Origin: Gammaproteobacteria bacterium | Lineage (GTDB): Bacteria; Pseudomonadota; Gammaproteobacteria; UBA4575 | Length of the DNA stretch: 64,000 nt | Direction: 5' to 3' | NCBI GenBank assembly: GCA_965222615.1 | Contig: CBDCUI010000008.1 | Coordinates: 448,001 to 512,000, forward strand | In this document: positions 41,143 to 51,035 of the stretch, in pieces | Layout of the letters: every line of letters starts with the position of its first letter | How positions within the stretch are numbered: position 1 is the first letter of the stretch | Position numbers and translations under genes: made by a program | The notes under the pieces: generated by a model | The model's input: only the letters and a program-made list of their open reading frames with translations | Told to the model about the DNA's origin: nothing | Database searches by the model: none

Positions 41143-43002
41143 ATGGTTTCTACTAGCCTACAAACACTCCTTTCTCTTTATAGAAGATTGGGAATAGTCG
41201 TAATGGAGCAACAACAAGATAAAAGTCTTTGGTTGTTGTCACCAGAACCTAAGTGGTTCTCGCTGATTGGTAAGCTAGATGATAGCGATGATGCACAGAG
41301 GGTTACAACGGTCACCTCAAAATCTTTACAGACTTTTATAGATATAAATGTGCAAGATATGTGGCTAAGTAGCCAGGAACGACAAATATCCCAAATTTGG
41401 GTTGAATTGGATGCATCAGATAATAAATTCCCATTCGAAGCAACTGCCTTACGCCAAGTAGATAGTATGTTGATTGTAATTGAGCATGTCCCACAGACCT
41501 ATGAGGCTAAACAACTACAGGCCCAGCAAACACGCGAGAATGATTTGCTAAAAGGACTCTTAGAAAACAAAAAAGCAAAGCAGGCAGAAAAGATCGCTTC
41601 TCGTGAAGTTGAATTAGAACAAGAAATAAATGAGCGTATAGCTTTAGAGAAGCAACTTACTCATCTTGCATTTCATGATGCTTTAACTGGGCTTCCTAAC
41701 CGTTCGTTATTTGTAGATCGGTTGCAACGTGCCATTGCTGAAGCAGAACGTAAAAAAGAATCTGTAGTCGTGATGTTTATAGATCTAGATGATTTCAAAA
41801 AAATTAATGATTCTTTTGGTCATCATGTTGGAGATAAAGTGATTCAAGGTGCGGCATTGCAACTAAAAAGATGCTTGCGCGATATTGATTCAATCGCACG
41901 TATGGGAGGAGATGAATTTACGATACTTATTCCACATGTAGGTGGCAAAGAAGATATAGAAGTTATTGCTAGACGCTTAATTGAGTCTTTAGACAATCCG
42001 ATTGTGGTGGAAGGCTCTGAATTTAAAATGTCGATTAGTATTGGAATTTCTATCTTTCCTAATGACGCTAAGAATGAAGATAATTTACTAAGAAATGCAG
42101 ATACCGCAATGTATTTTGCTAAACATACACGTGGCCCAAGTTTTACTTTTTATGATTCGGAAATGGGAACCTCGCCATCGAAACGCTTGGCTTTAACTTC
42201 AGATATTGAGCTTGCGCTACAACAAAAAGAGTTTTTCTTGGTTTATCAACCGATTATTACTGTGCAGACAATGGAAGTTGTTGGTGCGGAGGCATTATTG
42301 CGTTGGCGGCGTTCCGACGGAGAAATCGTGGGCCCAGACCGATTTATTCCTTTGGCATGTGAGTCAGATTTAATTACTAAAATTGGATCGTGGGTAATTG
42401 AGAACAGCTGCCTTCAATTAAAAAACTGGAGGGGAATCTATGGGAATAAATTTAGAATAAATATTAATTTATCAGTGCGCGAATTTGAATCTAGCCTTTG
42501 TAAGGAGATGCTAAAGAAAAATTTAATAGATCTACATTTGCCTGATAAAAGTTTAGAAGTAGAGATTACAGATACAATGCCTATTGATAATACAAGTATT
42601 ATGCAATCTAATATTGAATCTTTGAAAAGTGTGCATATATCTACTGCCATAGATCGATTTGGCGAACGCAAGACTTCATTGAAATCAATTAAAACCCTTG
42701 GGCTGAATACAATAAAAATCGATCGATATTTTACTAAGGATATTGCAATGGATAAGGATAGCTATGAAGTATTCATGGGTTTGGTTCAACTAGGTTCCGC
42801 ATTATCTAATAGGGTTTTGGCAGAAGGTATTGAAACGGAGGAACAATTCGATTTGGCCCAAAAAGCGGGTATCGATGAAGTACAGGGGCATTTATTTACT
42901 CAACCGCTAGAGTCACACTTTTTTGATCAGTGGATGAAAGAATTTGATAAGAAACAAAAATCACAATTAAAATTAGTGCAGAAGAAAAAAAGCACAATGT
43001 GA
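41143..43002 (+). CDS. GGDEF-EAL protein with unknown N-terminal input domain
   Basis: HDALTGLPNR, RDID I-site, ARMGGDEF, EALLRW; loop 6 degenerate (DRFGER). Confidence 0.93.
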   Translation: MVSTSLQTLLSLYRRLGIVVMEQQQDKSLWLLSPEPKWFSLIGKLDDSDDAQRVTTVTSKSLQTFIDINVQDMWLSSQERQISQIWVELDASDNKFPFEATALRQVDSMLIVIEHVPQTYEAKQLQAQQTRENDLLKGLLENKKAKQAEKIASREVELEQEINERIALEKQLTHLAFHDALTGLPNRSLFVDRLQRAIAEAERKKESVVVMFIDLDDFKKINDSFGHHVGDKVIQGAALQLKRCLRDIDSIARMGGDEFTILIPHVGGKEDIEVIARRLIESLDNPIVVEGSEFKMSISIGISIFPNDAKNEDNLLRNADTAMYFAKHTRGPSFTFYDSEMGTSPSKRLALTSDIELALQQKEFFLVYQPIITVQTMEVVGAEALLRWRRSDGEIVGPDRFIPLACESDLITKIGSWVIENSCLQLKNWRGIYGNKFRININLSVREFESSLCKEMLKKNLIDLHLPDKSLEVEITDTMPIDNTSIMQSNIESLKSVHISTAIDRFGERKTSLKSIKTLGLNTIKIDRYFTKDIAMDKDSYEVFMGLVQLGSALSNRVLAEGIETEEQFDLAQKAGIDEVQGHLFTQPLESHFFDQWMKEFDKKQKSQLKLVQKKKSTM

Positions 43003-43006
43003 TTTC

Positions 43007-44221
43007 TCAGTCAGTTTGATTGTAATGACTCTCGACATATTGTTGCACGATATCTTGAAATTGTTGAGCAATATTGTCGCCTTTTAATGTAGTAAATTTA
43101 TTTCCATCAACATAAACCGGTGCAACCGGCTCTTCGCCTGTACCGGGGAGACTAATGCCTATGTTAGCGTATTTGCTTTCACCTGGCCCATTGACAACAC
43201 AACCCATTACGGCCACATTCATGTTTTCAACACCAGTATATTGTTGTTTCCAGTCCGGCATTTTTTCGCGAAGATAATTTTGAATGTCTGCAGCTAAATG
43301 CTGAAAATATTCGCTTGTAGTACGCCCACAGCCTGGGCAAGAAGTTACTTGCGGCGCAAATGAGCGTAAGCCCATTGTTTGTAAGATTTGCTGGGCTACA
43401 AGTACTTCTTGGGTGCGATCACCGCCAGGTTCAGGCGTGAGCGAAATACGAATAGTATCCCCAATACCTTCTTGTAAAAGTACCGACAATGCTGCAGTGG
43501 ATGCGACAATACCTTTAGATCCCATACCTGCTTCGGTTAAACCCAGATGCAATGCATAATCACATTTTGTTGCTAGATCTTTATATACACTAATTAGCGC
43601 TTGTACTTCGCTAAGTTTACAAGACAAAATAATTTTGTTGTGTGCAAGTCCAATTTTTTCTGCAAGTACAGCACTGTCTATTGCGGAGGCAATCAAAGTG
43701 TCATGCATTACTTGTTGTAAAGATTTAGGTTTTTTAAGAAAGGAATTTTCATCAAGTTTCTTAGCAAGCAGATCTTGATCTAGACTGCCCCAATTCACAC
43801 CTATACGGACTGGTTTTTCATAGCGGCAAGCAATTTCAATAATTTCGCTAAATTGTTTATCGTGTAAATTACCTCGGCCTACATTGCCTGGATTGATGCG
43901 AAACTTATCAAGCGATTTTGCGCATTCCGTGTATTTTTTTAACAGACGATTACCATTAAAATGGAAGTCTCCCACGAGGGGTGTTTCAACACTATTGATA
44001 CGCAGGCGCTCACGTATTTCAGGTACTGCTTGTGCTGCATTTTTATTATTAACAGTTATGCGTACGATTTCTGACCCAGCTTTAGCTAAAGCAGAGATTT
44101 GCTCAACTGTATGGGCGATATCAGCAGTATCTGTATTCGTCATAGATTGTACGACGATTGGTGAATCGCTACCGACTGGAACTTCGCCCACCATTACAAG
44201 TGTGCTTAAACGTCTGGCCAT
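43007..44221 (-). CDS. ispG: (E)-4-hydroxy-3-methylbut-2-enyl-diphosphate synthase
   Basis: [50 protein letters not shown]. Confidence 0.98.
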   Translation of the reverse strand: MARRLSTLVMVGEVPVGSDSPIVVQSMTNTDTADIAHTVEQISALAKAGSEIVRITVNNKNAAQAVPEIRERLRINSVETPLVGDFHFNGNRLLKKYTECAKSLDKFRINPGNVGRGNLHDKQFSEIIEIACRYEKPVRIGVNWGSLDQDLLAKKLDENSFLKKPKSLQQVMHDTLIASAIDSAVLAEKIGLAHNKIILSCKLSEVQALISVYKDLATKCDYALHLGLTEAGMGSKGIVASTAALSVLLQEGIGDTIRISLTPEPGGDRTQEVLVAQQILQTMGLRSFAPQVTSCPGCGRTTSEYFQHLAADIQNYLREKMPDWKQQYTGVENMNVAVMGCVVNGPGESKYANIGISLPGTGEEPVAPVYVDGNKFTTLKGDNIAQQFQDIVQQYVESHYNQTD

Positions 44222-44358
44222 TACAATAGTTTTTTACACAATTTTATTTTGGAGATGTATTCTAAACAATGCTAAGTGGTTATGATATTACCTATCTTAG
44301 CAGAGCGATGATCTCAAATAGATACTTGGTGAATCAAAAATTTTAAATTTAACGAATA

Positions 44359-44775
44359 ATGTATTGGCAGGATAAATTTACCATTTCCTCAACGGGACGG
44401 GGTACATACAACATTAGTCAAAGTGTTGATGAGATGATACAACGTTCGGGTATTCAACAAGGCCTTTGTCACTTATTTATTCACCATACTAGTGCATCCC
44501 TTATTCTATGTGAAAATGCAGATCCTACAGTGCGGCATGATTTGGAAACCTTTATGGCAAAGATTAGCCCGGATGGAGATCCCATGTTTACACACCGCTC
44601 TGAAGGAGATGACGACATGCCTGCGCATATTCGTAGTGTACTCACGCAGACAGAACTAAGTATTCCTGTAATAAACGGCTGTTCTGCGCTTGGTATATGG
44701 CAAGGAATTTATTTATGGGAGCATCGCACTGCACCTCACCAAAGAAGTATTACGGTTACAGTACACGGCGAATAA
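44359..44775 (+). CDS. yjbQ: YjbQ/UPF0047 family protein
   Basis: HTSASLILCENADPTV, EGDDDMPAHIRS, LGIWQGIYLWEH. Confidence 0.92.
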   Translation: MYWQDKFTISSTGRGTYNISQSVDEMIQRSGIQQGLCHLFIHHTSASLILCENADPTVRHDLETFMAKISPDGDPMFTHRSEGDDDMPAHIRSVLTQTELSIPVINGCSALGIWQGIYLWEHRTAPHQRSITVTVHGE

Positions 44776-44784
44776 CATTTTCAT

Positions 44785-45477
44785 ATGACTAATTTTTCTT
44801 CAATACGCTGCATTGCGTTTGATTTAGACGACACCTTGTGGCCATGTGATCCGGTAATTAATAAAGCAGAACAAGAGTTGTATGCTTGGTTAAGTAAACA
44901 TTATCCATTGATCACACGATGCTATTCACTTGAAGAAATAAAAATGCTTCGTGCACAATACGGTGAGAAACACCCAGAACTATCTCATAACGTTACTGCG
45001 CTACGACACCAATCTCTTGTTGAGCTAGCAAAAGAATTTAATTACCCAAATGAAATGGCTGATAGAGGCTTGGCATTATTCCGTTATTTTAGAAATAAAG
45101 TTGACTTTTTTGATGATGCATTTACAACTATCAACGAACTTAAAAAGTATTTTAAAATTTGCGCATTAACAAATGGAAATGCGGATTTAGATGAGATTGG
45201 AGTAAGCGACAAGTTTGATATTATCGTTACTGCGGAAATGGCTGGAGCTGCTAAGCCAGACGAAAAAATTTTTAAATATGCCGAAACTCAAGCGCGGCTT
45301 GACTGCAACCAAATGATGTTAGTTGGCGATGCGCCTAAAGTGGACGTAATTGGAGCACGACAATGTGGGTGGCAGGCAATTTGGTTTAATCCAGATAAAG
45401 ATCATTGGAGTGATAGCATTAAACCAAATGCTGAAATACAAAAATTAAGTCAATTAGTTTCACTTTTAATTAAATAA
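44785..45477 (+). CDS. HAD-superfamily hydrolase (YigB-like)
   Basis: FDLDDTLW, LTNGNAD, AKP, VGD..DV.GA. Confidence 0.9.
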   Translation: MTNFSSIRCIAFDLDDTLWPCDPVINKAEQELYAWLSKHYPLITRCYSLEEIKMLRAQYGEKHPELSHNVTALRHQSLVELAKEFNYPNEMADRGLALFRYFRNKVDFFDDAFTTINELKKYFKICALTNGNADLDEIGVSDKFDIIVTAEMAGAAKPDEKIFKYAETQARLDCNQMMLVGDAPKVDVIGARQCGWQAIWFNPDKDHWSDSIKPNAEIQKLSQLVSLLIK

Positions 45478-45521
45478 CTATCAAATTATACAATAGTACT
45501 GCGAGACAATTGGAGGAGATG

Positions 45522-45851
45522 ATGTCAGAATTGAATCTTGAAGATCGGGTTAAAAATTTAGAACGTATTGTTAACACAATGCGTATCGCCATAATTGTTT
45601 TTGTGGGATTTATACTTTATGATGTAATTTCAAAAGACTCAGGGTCGAGTATTATCTTTGCAGATAAGATTAAGTCACGAGAATTTGTATTGCTTGGCCC
45701 AGGTGATCAGCCCGTTGGTTTTTGGGATTATAAAGATACAAATGGTTTAAAGATGTATTCCAAAAAAGGCGATCACATTGTGTTAACCTCAGATGCAGTG
45801 ACTTTTTATGAGGATCGTTTAAATCCAGTTGTTAAATCTAGGCTTGACTAG
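45522..45851 (+). CDS. Hypothetical single-TM protein
   Basis: GGAGG SD, short coiled coil, TM, small beta-rich domain. Confidence 0.65.
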   Translation: MSELNLEDRVKNLERIVNTMRIAIIVFVGFILYDVISKDSGSSIIFADKIKSREFVLLGPGDQPVGFWDYKDTNGLKMYSKKGDHIVLTSDAVTFYEDRLNPVVKSRLD

Positions 45852-45877
45852 TTATTATTTTGAAATAGGTTCTAAAT

Positions 45878-47362
45878 TTAATCTAGAGATTCACCGTACT
45901 TCTTTTTGAAAAGTCTTTTGGATTGGCTAACCCATTTATCTCGCTGTATTCTATCAGGGAAGCTTTCGAGCGTATTGGCAAGTGATTCAATGTCATCCTT
46001 TGTAAGTCTACCTAGTTGCTCAAACGAGTAAACTCCAAAGTCATTTAGTTTATTTTCCATAACTGGACCAATACCCTTAATTTGTTTTAGGTCATCTTTG
46101 ACTTTTGCTGCCGCTATTTTTAAACCTTTTGCCGGTGCCTTTAAACCTTTTACAGGTTTGGAAGAAGGCTTTTTAGCTGATTTAGCTTTTTTTATAGCTG
46201 CACTCTTTCTAAGTCGTGGAGTAGGCTTTTGAACTAGCTTATTTTTAAAAGCCTCAATAGTATGTTCGTGTTCGCGTAACATGGCCAAATTACTATTCAT
46301 GGCTTGTAATTCGGTTTCAAGTTCTTGGATACGTGTACTACTTTTTTGAATTGTCGCAGCACTAGATGCCTGTGCTCTATTTTCTGCAGTGCGTACTTGC
46401 TCGCGCAAATCATCAATAATGGCATCTTTTTCTTCACAGGTATCCACATATACACGTTCTTTTTCAACTGCTTCACGTTTGACCTCGTTTATCTGCTTAT
46501 AAGTCCGGCCCAAAACAGTATTTTTCGAGGTGCCAACTAAACGAATCTTATCCATAAATCGATTAAATTTTGTGTCTTGACCTGGAAGGCCACCTTCTAG
46601 GGGTGTGAGCTGCTCAATTCGCTTTTGCAAAGACTCAGCGGCGAGTTGATGTTGAGTTTCCTGCTGCTGAAATTGCTCGGTATATTTCTTATCAAGTTCC
46701 GCAAGACGCCATTGAGCACTATTCTTTTGCTCTTCTATTTGAGGTTGAATGGTTCGCAAATGAGATGCTTCATTACGGTCGTTACGCCATTTGCTTTGTA
46801 CTTGCGCAATCATGCCGTAAAGACCTCGCATACTGTTTTCTGAATGGGTCACTTTAGTATTTAAACGTTGAACTTTAGGGATCATTTCACCCAACTGATA
46901 TTTATAAGCTTCTTGATCGGCTACGTGCTTGTTCAGGCGCTTAATTTTTTGATTTGCATCCAAATGCATTGCCGAATACTGCTCGGCAAGATTTGAGAAG
47001 TTATCTCGTTCTTCACAGGTTTGTAGGTACTTATGTTGAATTTTTTTCAACCATGATTGATATTTCGGTAATTCTTTTGCTTGTTTTAAAGTTGATTGCC
47101 AACGTGAAGTCATTAGCATTAAATCACTATTTTGTAATTCGTACTTCGATTGTAAATCTGCAAAACGCGACTTAAGTTGTGAATATTGTGAGTTTAATTT
47201 AGTAGTAGTTTCATTCAGTTCGCTCTTAGATTGGTCAAGCTCTTGTTGCAAGTTTGCTAAATCACGGTTACAGCCGCATCGGCGCATTAACCATCCAACT
47301 AAAGTTCCAAGTGCTGCAGCAACAATCAAATAGAGTAAAATTTCATTTAGTAAATAAGTCAT
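45878..47362 (-). CDS. N-terminal TM, long coiled coil, Lys/Ala linker, C-terminal helix-hairpin-helix (COG3743-like) protein
   Basis: MTYLLNEILLYLIVAAALGTLVGWL; DDLKQIKGIGPVMENKLNDFGVYSFEQL..RIQRDKWV. Confidence 0.82.
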   Translation of the reverse strand: MTYLLNEILLYLIVAAALGTLVGWLMRRCGCNRDLANLQQELDQSKSELNETTTKLNSQYSQLKSRFADLQSKYELQNSDLMLMTSRWQSTLKQAKELPKYQSWLKKIQHKYLQTCEERDNFSNLAEQYSAMHLDANQKIKRLNKHVADQEAYKYQLGEMIPKVQRLNTKVTHSENSMRGLYGMIAQVQSKWRNDRNEASHLRTIQPQIEEQKNSAQWRLAELDKKYTEQFQQQETQHQLAAESLQKRIEQLTPLEGGLPGQDTKFNRFMDKIRLVGTSKNTVLGRTYKQINEVKREAVEKERVYVDTCEEKDAIIDDLREQVRTAENRAQASSAATIQKSSTRIQELETELQAMNSNLAMLREHEHTIEAFKNKLVQKPTPRLRKSAAIKKAKSAKKPSSKPVKGLKAPAKGLKIAAAKVKDDLKQIKGIGPVMENKLNDFGVYSFEQLGRLTKDDIESLANTLESFPDRIQRDKWVSQSKRLFKKKYGESLD

Positions 47363-47364
47363 GT

Positions 47365-48177
47365 TTATTGTCTCCTGGTCACCTCAAAATCGATACGCCG
47401 ATTCGTTGCACGACCCTCTGCAGTATCGTTAGAGGCAATAGGTTTAGATTCGCCATAGCCGGTCGCATTCAAACGCTCAGATTGAATGCCTTGACTAATT
47501 AAGTAATTCATTACAGAAGCTGCTCGTTGTTGGCTTAGCTCAAGATTTAGATTTTTATCGCCGGTATTATCAGTATGGCCCTCAATTGCGATATCAAATT
47601 CGGGATGCTGATTTAATATCCTCACGACATCATTAAGAATGACAATGCCTTCAGCGGTAATCTCATCACTCCCAAACAAAAAAGTGATTCCCGAGAGATC
47701 TAAGGTTTGTAGGAGTCCTTCAACCGCTTCTTCTTCAGTTAAGATTTGCTCTGGTTCCTGAACCAGAGCCACTTGCGGTTGAGGATCTTCGGCAATTTCA
47801 GACATTGGTTGAGGCTGTTCAGCAATCTCAGCTTCCTCTATTGGTTTTGCTTCAATAATAGGTTTGCTGATGATTTCTAACTGGTTATCTACTATACGAA
47901 TACCGGCTAGAGAAGCAATAATCGTTTCAATTTCCTGAGATCGCTCTTCGGTTTCCACAGTGCCTGTGAGAATGGCATCTCGGCCATCCATATTTACGAT
48001 CACACCGCCAACTTGTTGATCAGAAAGTAAGCTATTACTTTTAATGCTTAGATCGTTTTCGATGAATTCGGCGCGGCTTTCTTTAGCCCACCAATATAAA
48101 GCGGATAGGCCAATGAGTCCTAGAATAAGAGGGATAAGCATGCATAACATGCAGCTATCTTTACGCTGATCCGTCAT
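47365..48177 (-). CDS. BON + OmpA-like peptidoglycan-binding protein (ArfA/Rv0899-like architecture)
   Basis: TM, DGRDAILTG..GIRIVDNQL BON, EP-rich linker, IEGHTDNTG..LSQQRA..GYGESKP..NRRIDF. Confidence 0.9.
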   Translation of the reverse strand: MTDQRKDSCMLCMLIPLILGLIGLSALYWWAKESRAEFIENDLSIKSNSLLSDQQVGGVIVNMDGRDAILTGTVETEERSQEIETIIASLAGIRIVDNQLEIISKPIIEAKPIEEAEIAEQPQPMSEIAEDPQPQVALVQEPEQILTEEEAVEGLLQTLDLSGITFLFGSDEITAEGIVILNDVVRILNQHPEFDIAIEGHTDNTGDKNLNLELSQQRAASVMNYLISQGIQSERLNATGYGESKPIASNDTAEGRATNRRIDFEVTRRQ

Positions 48178-48422
48178 AGGCGAAAAAGTTATAGTCTTTA
48201 GTATTCGTTATTTATTGTGTCGCGGTTGACACTTTTCGACGATAACTAAGTATTGCTTGAACTAAAAAAATTCGCAAACAAATTTATGCAATAAGCTGCA
48301 AAATCCCTATGGATTAAAGCAGTATAAAAGTTTTTTACCTTAGTATTATTAGGGTGATTAAATGGACACAAAAGCTTATTAGGCATCTAGCCTAAATTTT
48401 AAGCTAAGCTGTAAACATAACT

Positions 48423-48842
48423 TTACGAGTGTGAAGCAGTAACTAAATTGTTACTAAGCTTCTCGATTAAAGACTCCAGCTGTTTAAAATCAGACTCAGA
48501 ATACTGAGAGAACATTTCTTTGTAAGCATTATCCATTAAAGAAATTCCCAGTTTGGCGAGTTTTTCACCTTTAGCAGTAAGTTTGATATCCACCACTCTA
48601 CGGTCCATTTGGTTGTGGGTTCGCTTAATACAATCGTTAGCCTCCAATTGATCAAGATAGCGACTAACAGTAGCGCGTTCTATCATGAGTTCGTCTGCGA
48701 GTTTTGCAGGTGTGTATACTGATTTTGAATATATGGTGTTAATCAATCTCCATTGATTGAATTTCATGCCATGAGCACCCAGCTCTTTGTTCAAAGTGGT
48801 GCGAGCAAAAGAATTTAACCGGTCTGCAAAAGAAAGAATCAT
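48423..48842 (-). CDS. MarR-family transcriptional regulator
   Basis: QWRLI..LADELMIERATVSRYLDQLE, DRR..LTAKG winged helix. Confidence 0.92.
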   Translation of the reverse strand: MILSFADRLNSFARTTLNKELGAHGMKFNQWRLINTIYSKSVYTPAKLADELMIERATVSRYLDQLEANDCIKRTHNQMDRRVVDIKLTAKGEKLAKLGISLMDNAYKEMFSQYSESDFKQLESLIEKLSNNLVTASHS

Positions 48843-49125
48843 AGGCTATATAAGTTTATTTAGTTAAAAATAAGTCAGCTTTTTCAAGTTAAAAAGTTTT
48901 GGTTTAGTTAATGTAAGTATCTAAATTATGGTTATTTTTTTAAGTAGTTACGATTTGTGATTACTAGTTTTAACACACTTGAGCAGTAATATAGCCTATT
49001 AAATAACAAATGTTACGAATGTTTACAGTTAGAAAATGGAATAGTTAACAACTGTAAACTTATGCACAAGTAATTGAACTTAGCTGGATAACTTCTGTTA
49101 CCCGCGATGAATTGAGGTCCATTTC

Positions 49126-49149
49126 AAAGCGGAAATTACAATCCGCTTT
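49126..49149. terminator. Possible terminator hairpin
   Basis: AAAGCGGA-8 nt-TCCGCTTT. Confidence 0.45.
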
Positions 49150-49215
49150 AAATGCAATCACAGCAGGATTTTCTAAGATTAAGGAAGTAATTAACTAAAT
49201 CGGCTATCTATCTAA

Positions 49216-49452
49216 TTAATTCGGTCTGTGAGTGGGTTTGTAGATTCCTCGAATTTCAGAATATTCAAGGACAGTTATGCTCAATGCGAGTTGAATCTCT
49301 TTTGATGTGAACCCTTTAGATTCTAATTCTATGATTAAATTTTCTATTGCATTAAAAACTTTTGCCAAAGACTTGAATTCATCAGCATATTTTTTTGCCG
49401 AGAATTTATTGGAATAATATGTCGAATCTTCACTCACAGTAAGAAGTATCAC
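49216..49452 (-). CDS. Possible small hypothetical protein
   Basis: 78-codon ORF in an AT-rich gap; weak start context. Confidence 0.35.
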   Translation of the reverse strand: MILLTVSEDSTYYSNKFSAKKYADEFKSLAKVFNAIENLIIELESKGFTSKEIQLALSITVLEYSEIRGIYKPTHRPN

Positions 49453-49534
49453 TGATGAAAAGTATTTAATGTGTAATAAATTGTGAATTGAAGTTGCGGA
49501 AATAAATAATTATCAATTTAAATTTGATCAACTT

Positions 49535-49711
49535 TTTAATAAAAATTATGTAAACGTACTCCAAGGATAGTGGCGCCCCGAGTAGGAGTTGAACCACCCT
49601 TGCGTGGGGGTAGTCCACGCGAATAGCAGTTGTCGCGTGAGCGACACAAATTTAATAAAAACTATGTAAATGTACTCCAAAGATAGTGGCGCCCCGACGA
49701 GGATTCGAACC
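49535..49711. repeat. Tandem ~61-bp direct repeat (period 116) including the tRNA-Arg 3' end
   Basis: TTTAATAAAAATTATGTAAACGTACTCCAAGGATAGTGGCGCCCCGA.. at 49535 vs TTTAATAAAAACTATGTAAATGTACTCCAAAGATAGTGGCGCCCCGA.. at 49651. Confidence 0.88.
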
Positions 49712-49763
49712 TCGGACTTCATCCTTAGGAGGGATGCGCTCTATCCAGCTGAGCTATCGGGGC
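49687..49763 (-). tRNA. tRNA-Arg (CCT)
   Basis: GCCCCGATAGCTCAGCTGGATAGAGCG-CATCC-CTCCTAA-GGATG..GGTTCGAATCC..GCCA. Confidence 0.96.
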
Positions 49764-49889
49764 ATTATTTTTTGCTATCAATAACATACACTCAAATTAA
49801 CATCTCTTTATTTTAAATTTACAACCACACTGGCACCACAACACTAAGTTGTTGATTTTAAATTAGTACATCCCCCTAAATAGGGACGA

Positions 49890-50720
49890 CTATTTGTTTA
49901 ATTTATTCCACTTATCTAATGAAATTCTCTTAGCTGTAATTTCGCTTTGCTTTCGTTCATTGGGTTCATTGTATGCATAATTAAAATACCAAGTGCCCTC
50001 AATGTAGGATCTTATATTGGGAGCGTTAAAAGAAATAATATCTGGGCTGTATATAGTTCTATAGCAGGTAGGGCTTATAAATGTAGCAGATTTCACATCA
50101 CCGACATTCAAATGAAAATTATGATCTATCTCTATAAGATTAAAGTTCAATATGTTTTTCTCTTTTTCTCTTTTTCTCTCGCAAACTATATCAAATCTAA
50201 AGGTACCCCCACCTTTGTCAATAGCTTCTGGCGTCAGAAGTGACTCATGAGGAATTGAATGTTTAAACTTCCCTTTAAACTCTAAGTTCTGAATTATTAA
50301 AGGTTCATGCCAGCGGTTTACTAACAGTGCATTTACACCATAAGCGAATTCTCCTAAGTTTGTTTCCACCAGATACAAATCTAGTTTATGAAAATGTACG
50401 GTTGGTATCTGAGATTCAATGTGTTTTTTGTATGCAAAAGCTATAATGACAAAGATGATTAAAATCGAAATCAAAACCACCAATTGAAAAATATTATTCT
50501 TCAATTTTTTAGCATTAAAATTACACTTTAGACTAATTGATGAATCACTTGAAATTATCTTATCGAGGAATAAAGGTGTTATTAGCGTTAATGACGTAAT
50601 AATCAAAATTGCAAAGATATAGGGATTCAAATATATTGGAAATGGATTAAACACCCAAGCCAATCCTCCCAATATTGCAGCCCCGATTAAGTAAAGAGTA
50701 ACTTTTGTATCTTTTGTCAT
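49890..50720 (-). CDS. AT-rich hypothetical membrane protein (three N-terminal TMs), probable island cargo
   Basis: 276-codon ORF, visibly AT-rich, lying between the intact tRNA-Arg and its 5' fragment. Confidence 0.65.
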   Translation of the reverse strand: MTKDTKVTLYLIGAAILGGLAWVFNPFPIYLNPYIFAILIITSLTLITPLFLDKIISSDSSISLKCNFNAKKLKNNIFQLVVLISILIIFVIIAFAYKKHIESQIPTVHFHKLDLYLVETNLGEFAYGVNALLVNRWHEPLIIQNLEFKGKFKHSIPHESLLTPEAIDKGGGTFRFDIVCERKREKEKNILNFNLIEIDHNFHLNVGDVKSATFISPTCYRTIYSPDIISFNAPNIRSYIEGTWYFNYAYNEPNERKQSEITAKRISLDKWNKLNK

Positions 50721-50954
50721 TCATACACTTTAGAAGCTTTGGTATAAATTTGCATATTGAATTCATAAAATCTGTGAATTCAGAGTATTTATTCTTAATT
50801 TATTGGTCACCCTGTGGTCACCTTCGAAGATTTAAGAATTGTTGAACCACACATACACCACATTCTTTTGGCACGATACGGCATTGAACAGAGCAGTTTG
50901 GTTCGTATATCAATAACTTTCATAACGCATTGATTATTTCTTAATCAAATACGA

Positions 50955-50993
50955 TTAGGAGGGGGACGCTCTATCCAGCTGAGCTATCGGGGC
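50955..50993 (-). pseudogene. 5' half of tRNA-Arg(CCT), ending at the anticodon loop (att-like fragment)
   Basis: GCCCCGATAGCTCAGCTGGATAGAGCG-TCCCC-CTCCTAA; identical to the intact gene except in the anticodon stem. Confidence 0.85.
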
Positions 50994-51035
50994 GATGTTG
51001 GGTTTGTAATTATAAAGAAAATTTTTTAAGAGCAT

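Noticed and set aside
49021-49059. GTTTACAGTT/AACTGTAAAC inverted repeat as a MarR operator
   Set aside because: 19-nt spacer, about 180 nt from the start, and AT-rich context make a chance match plausible
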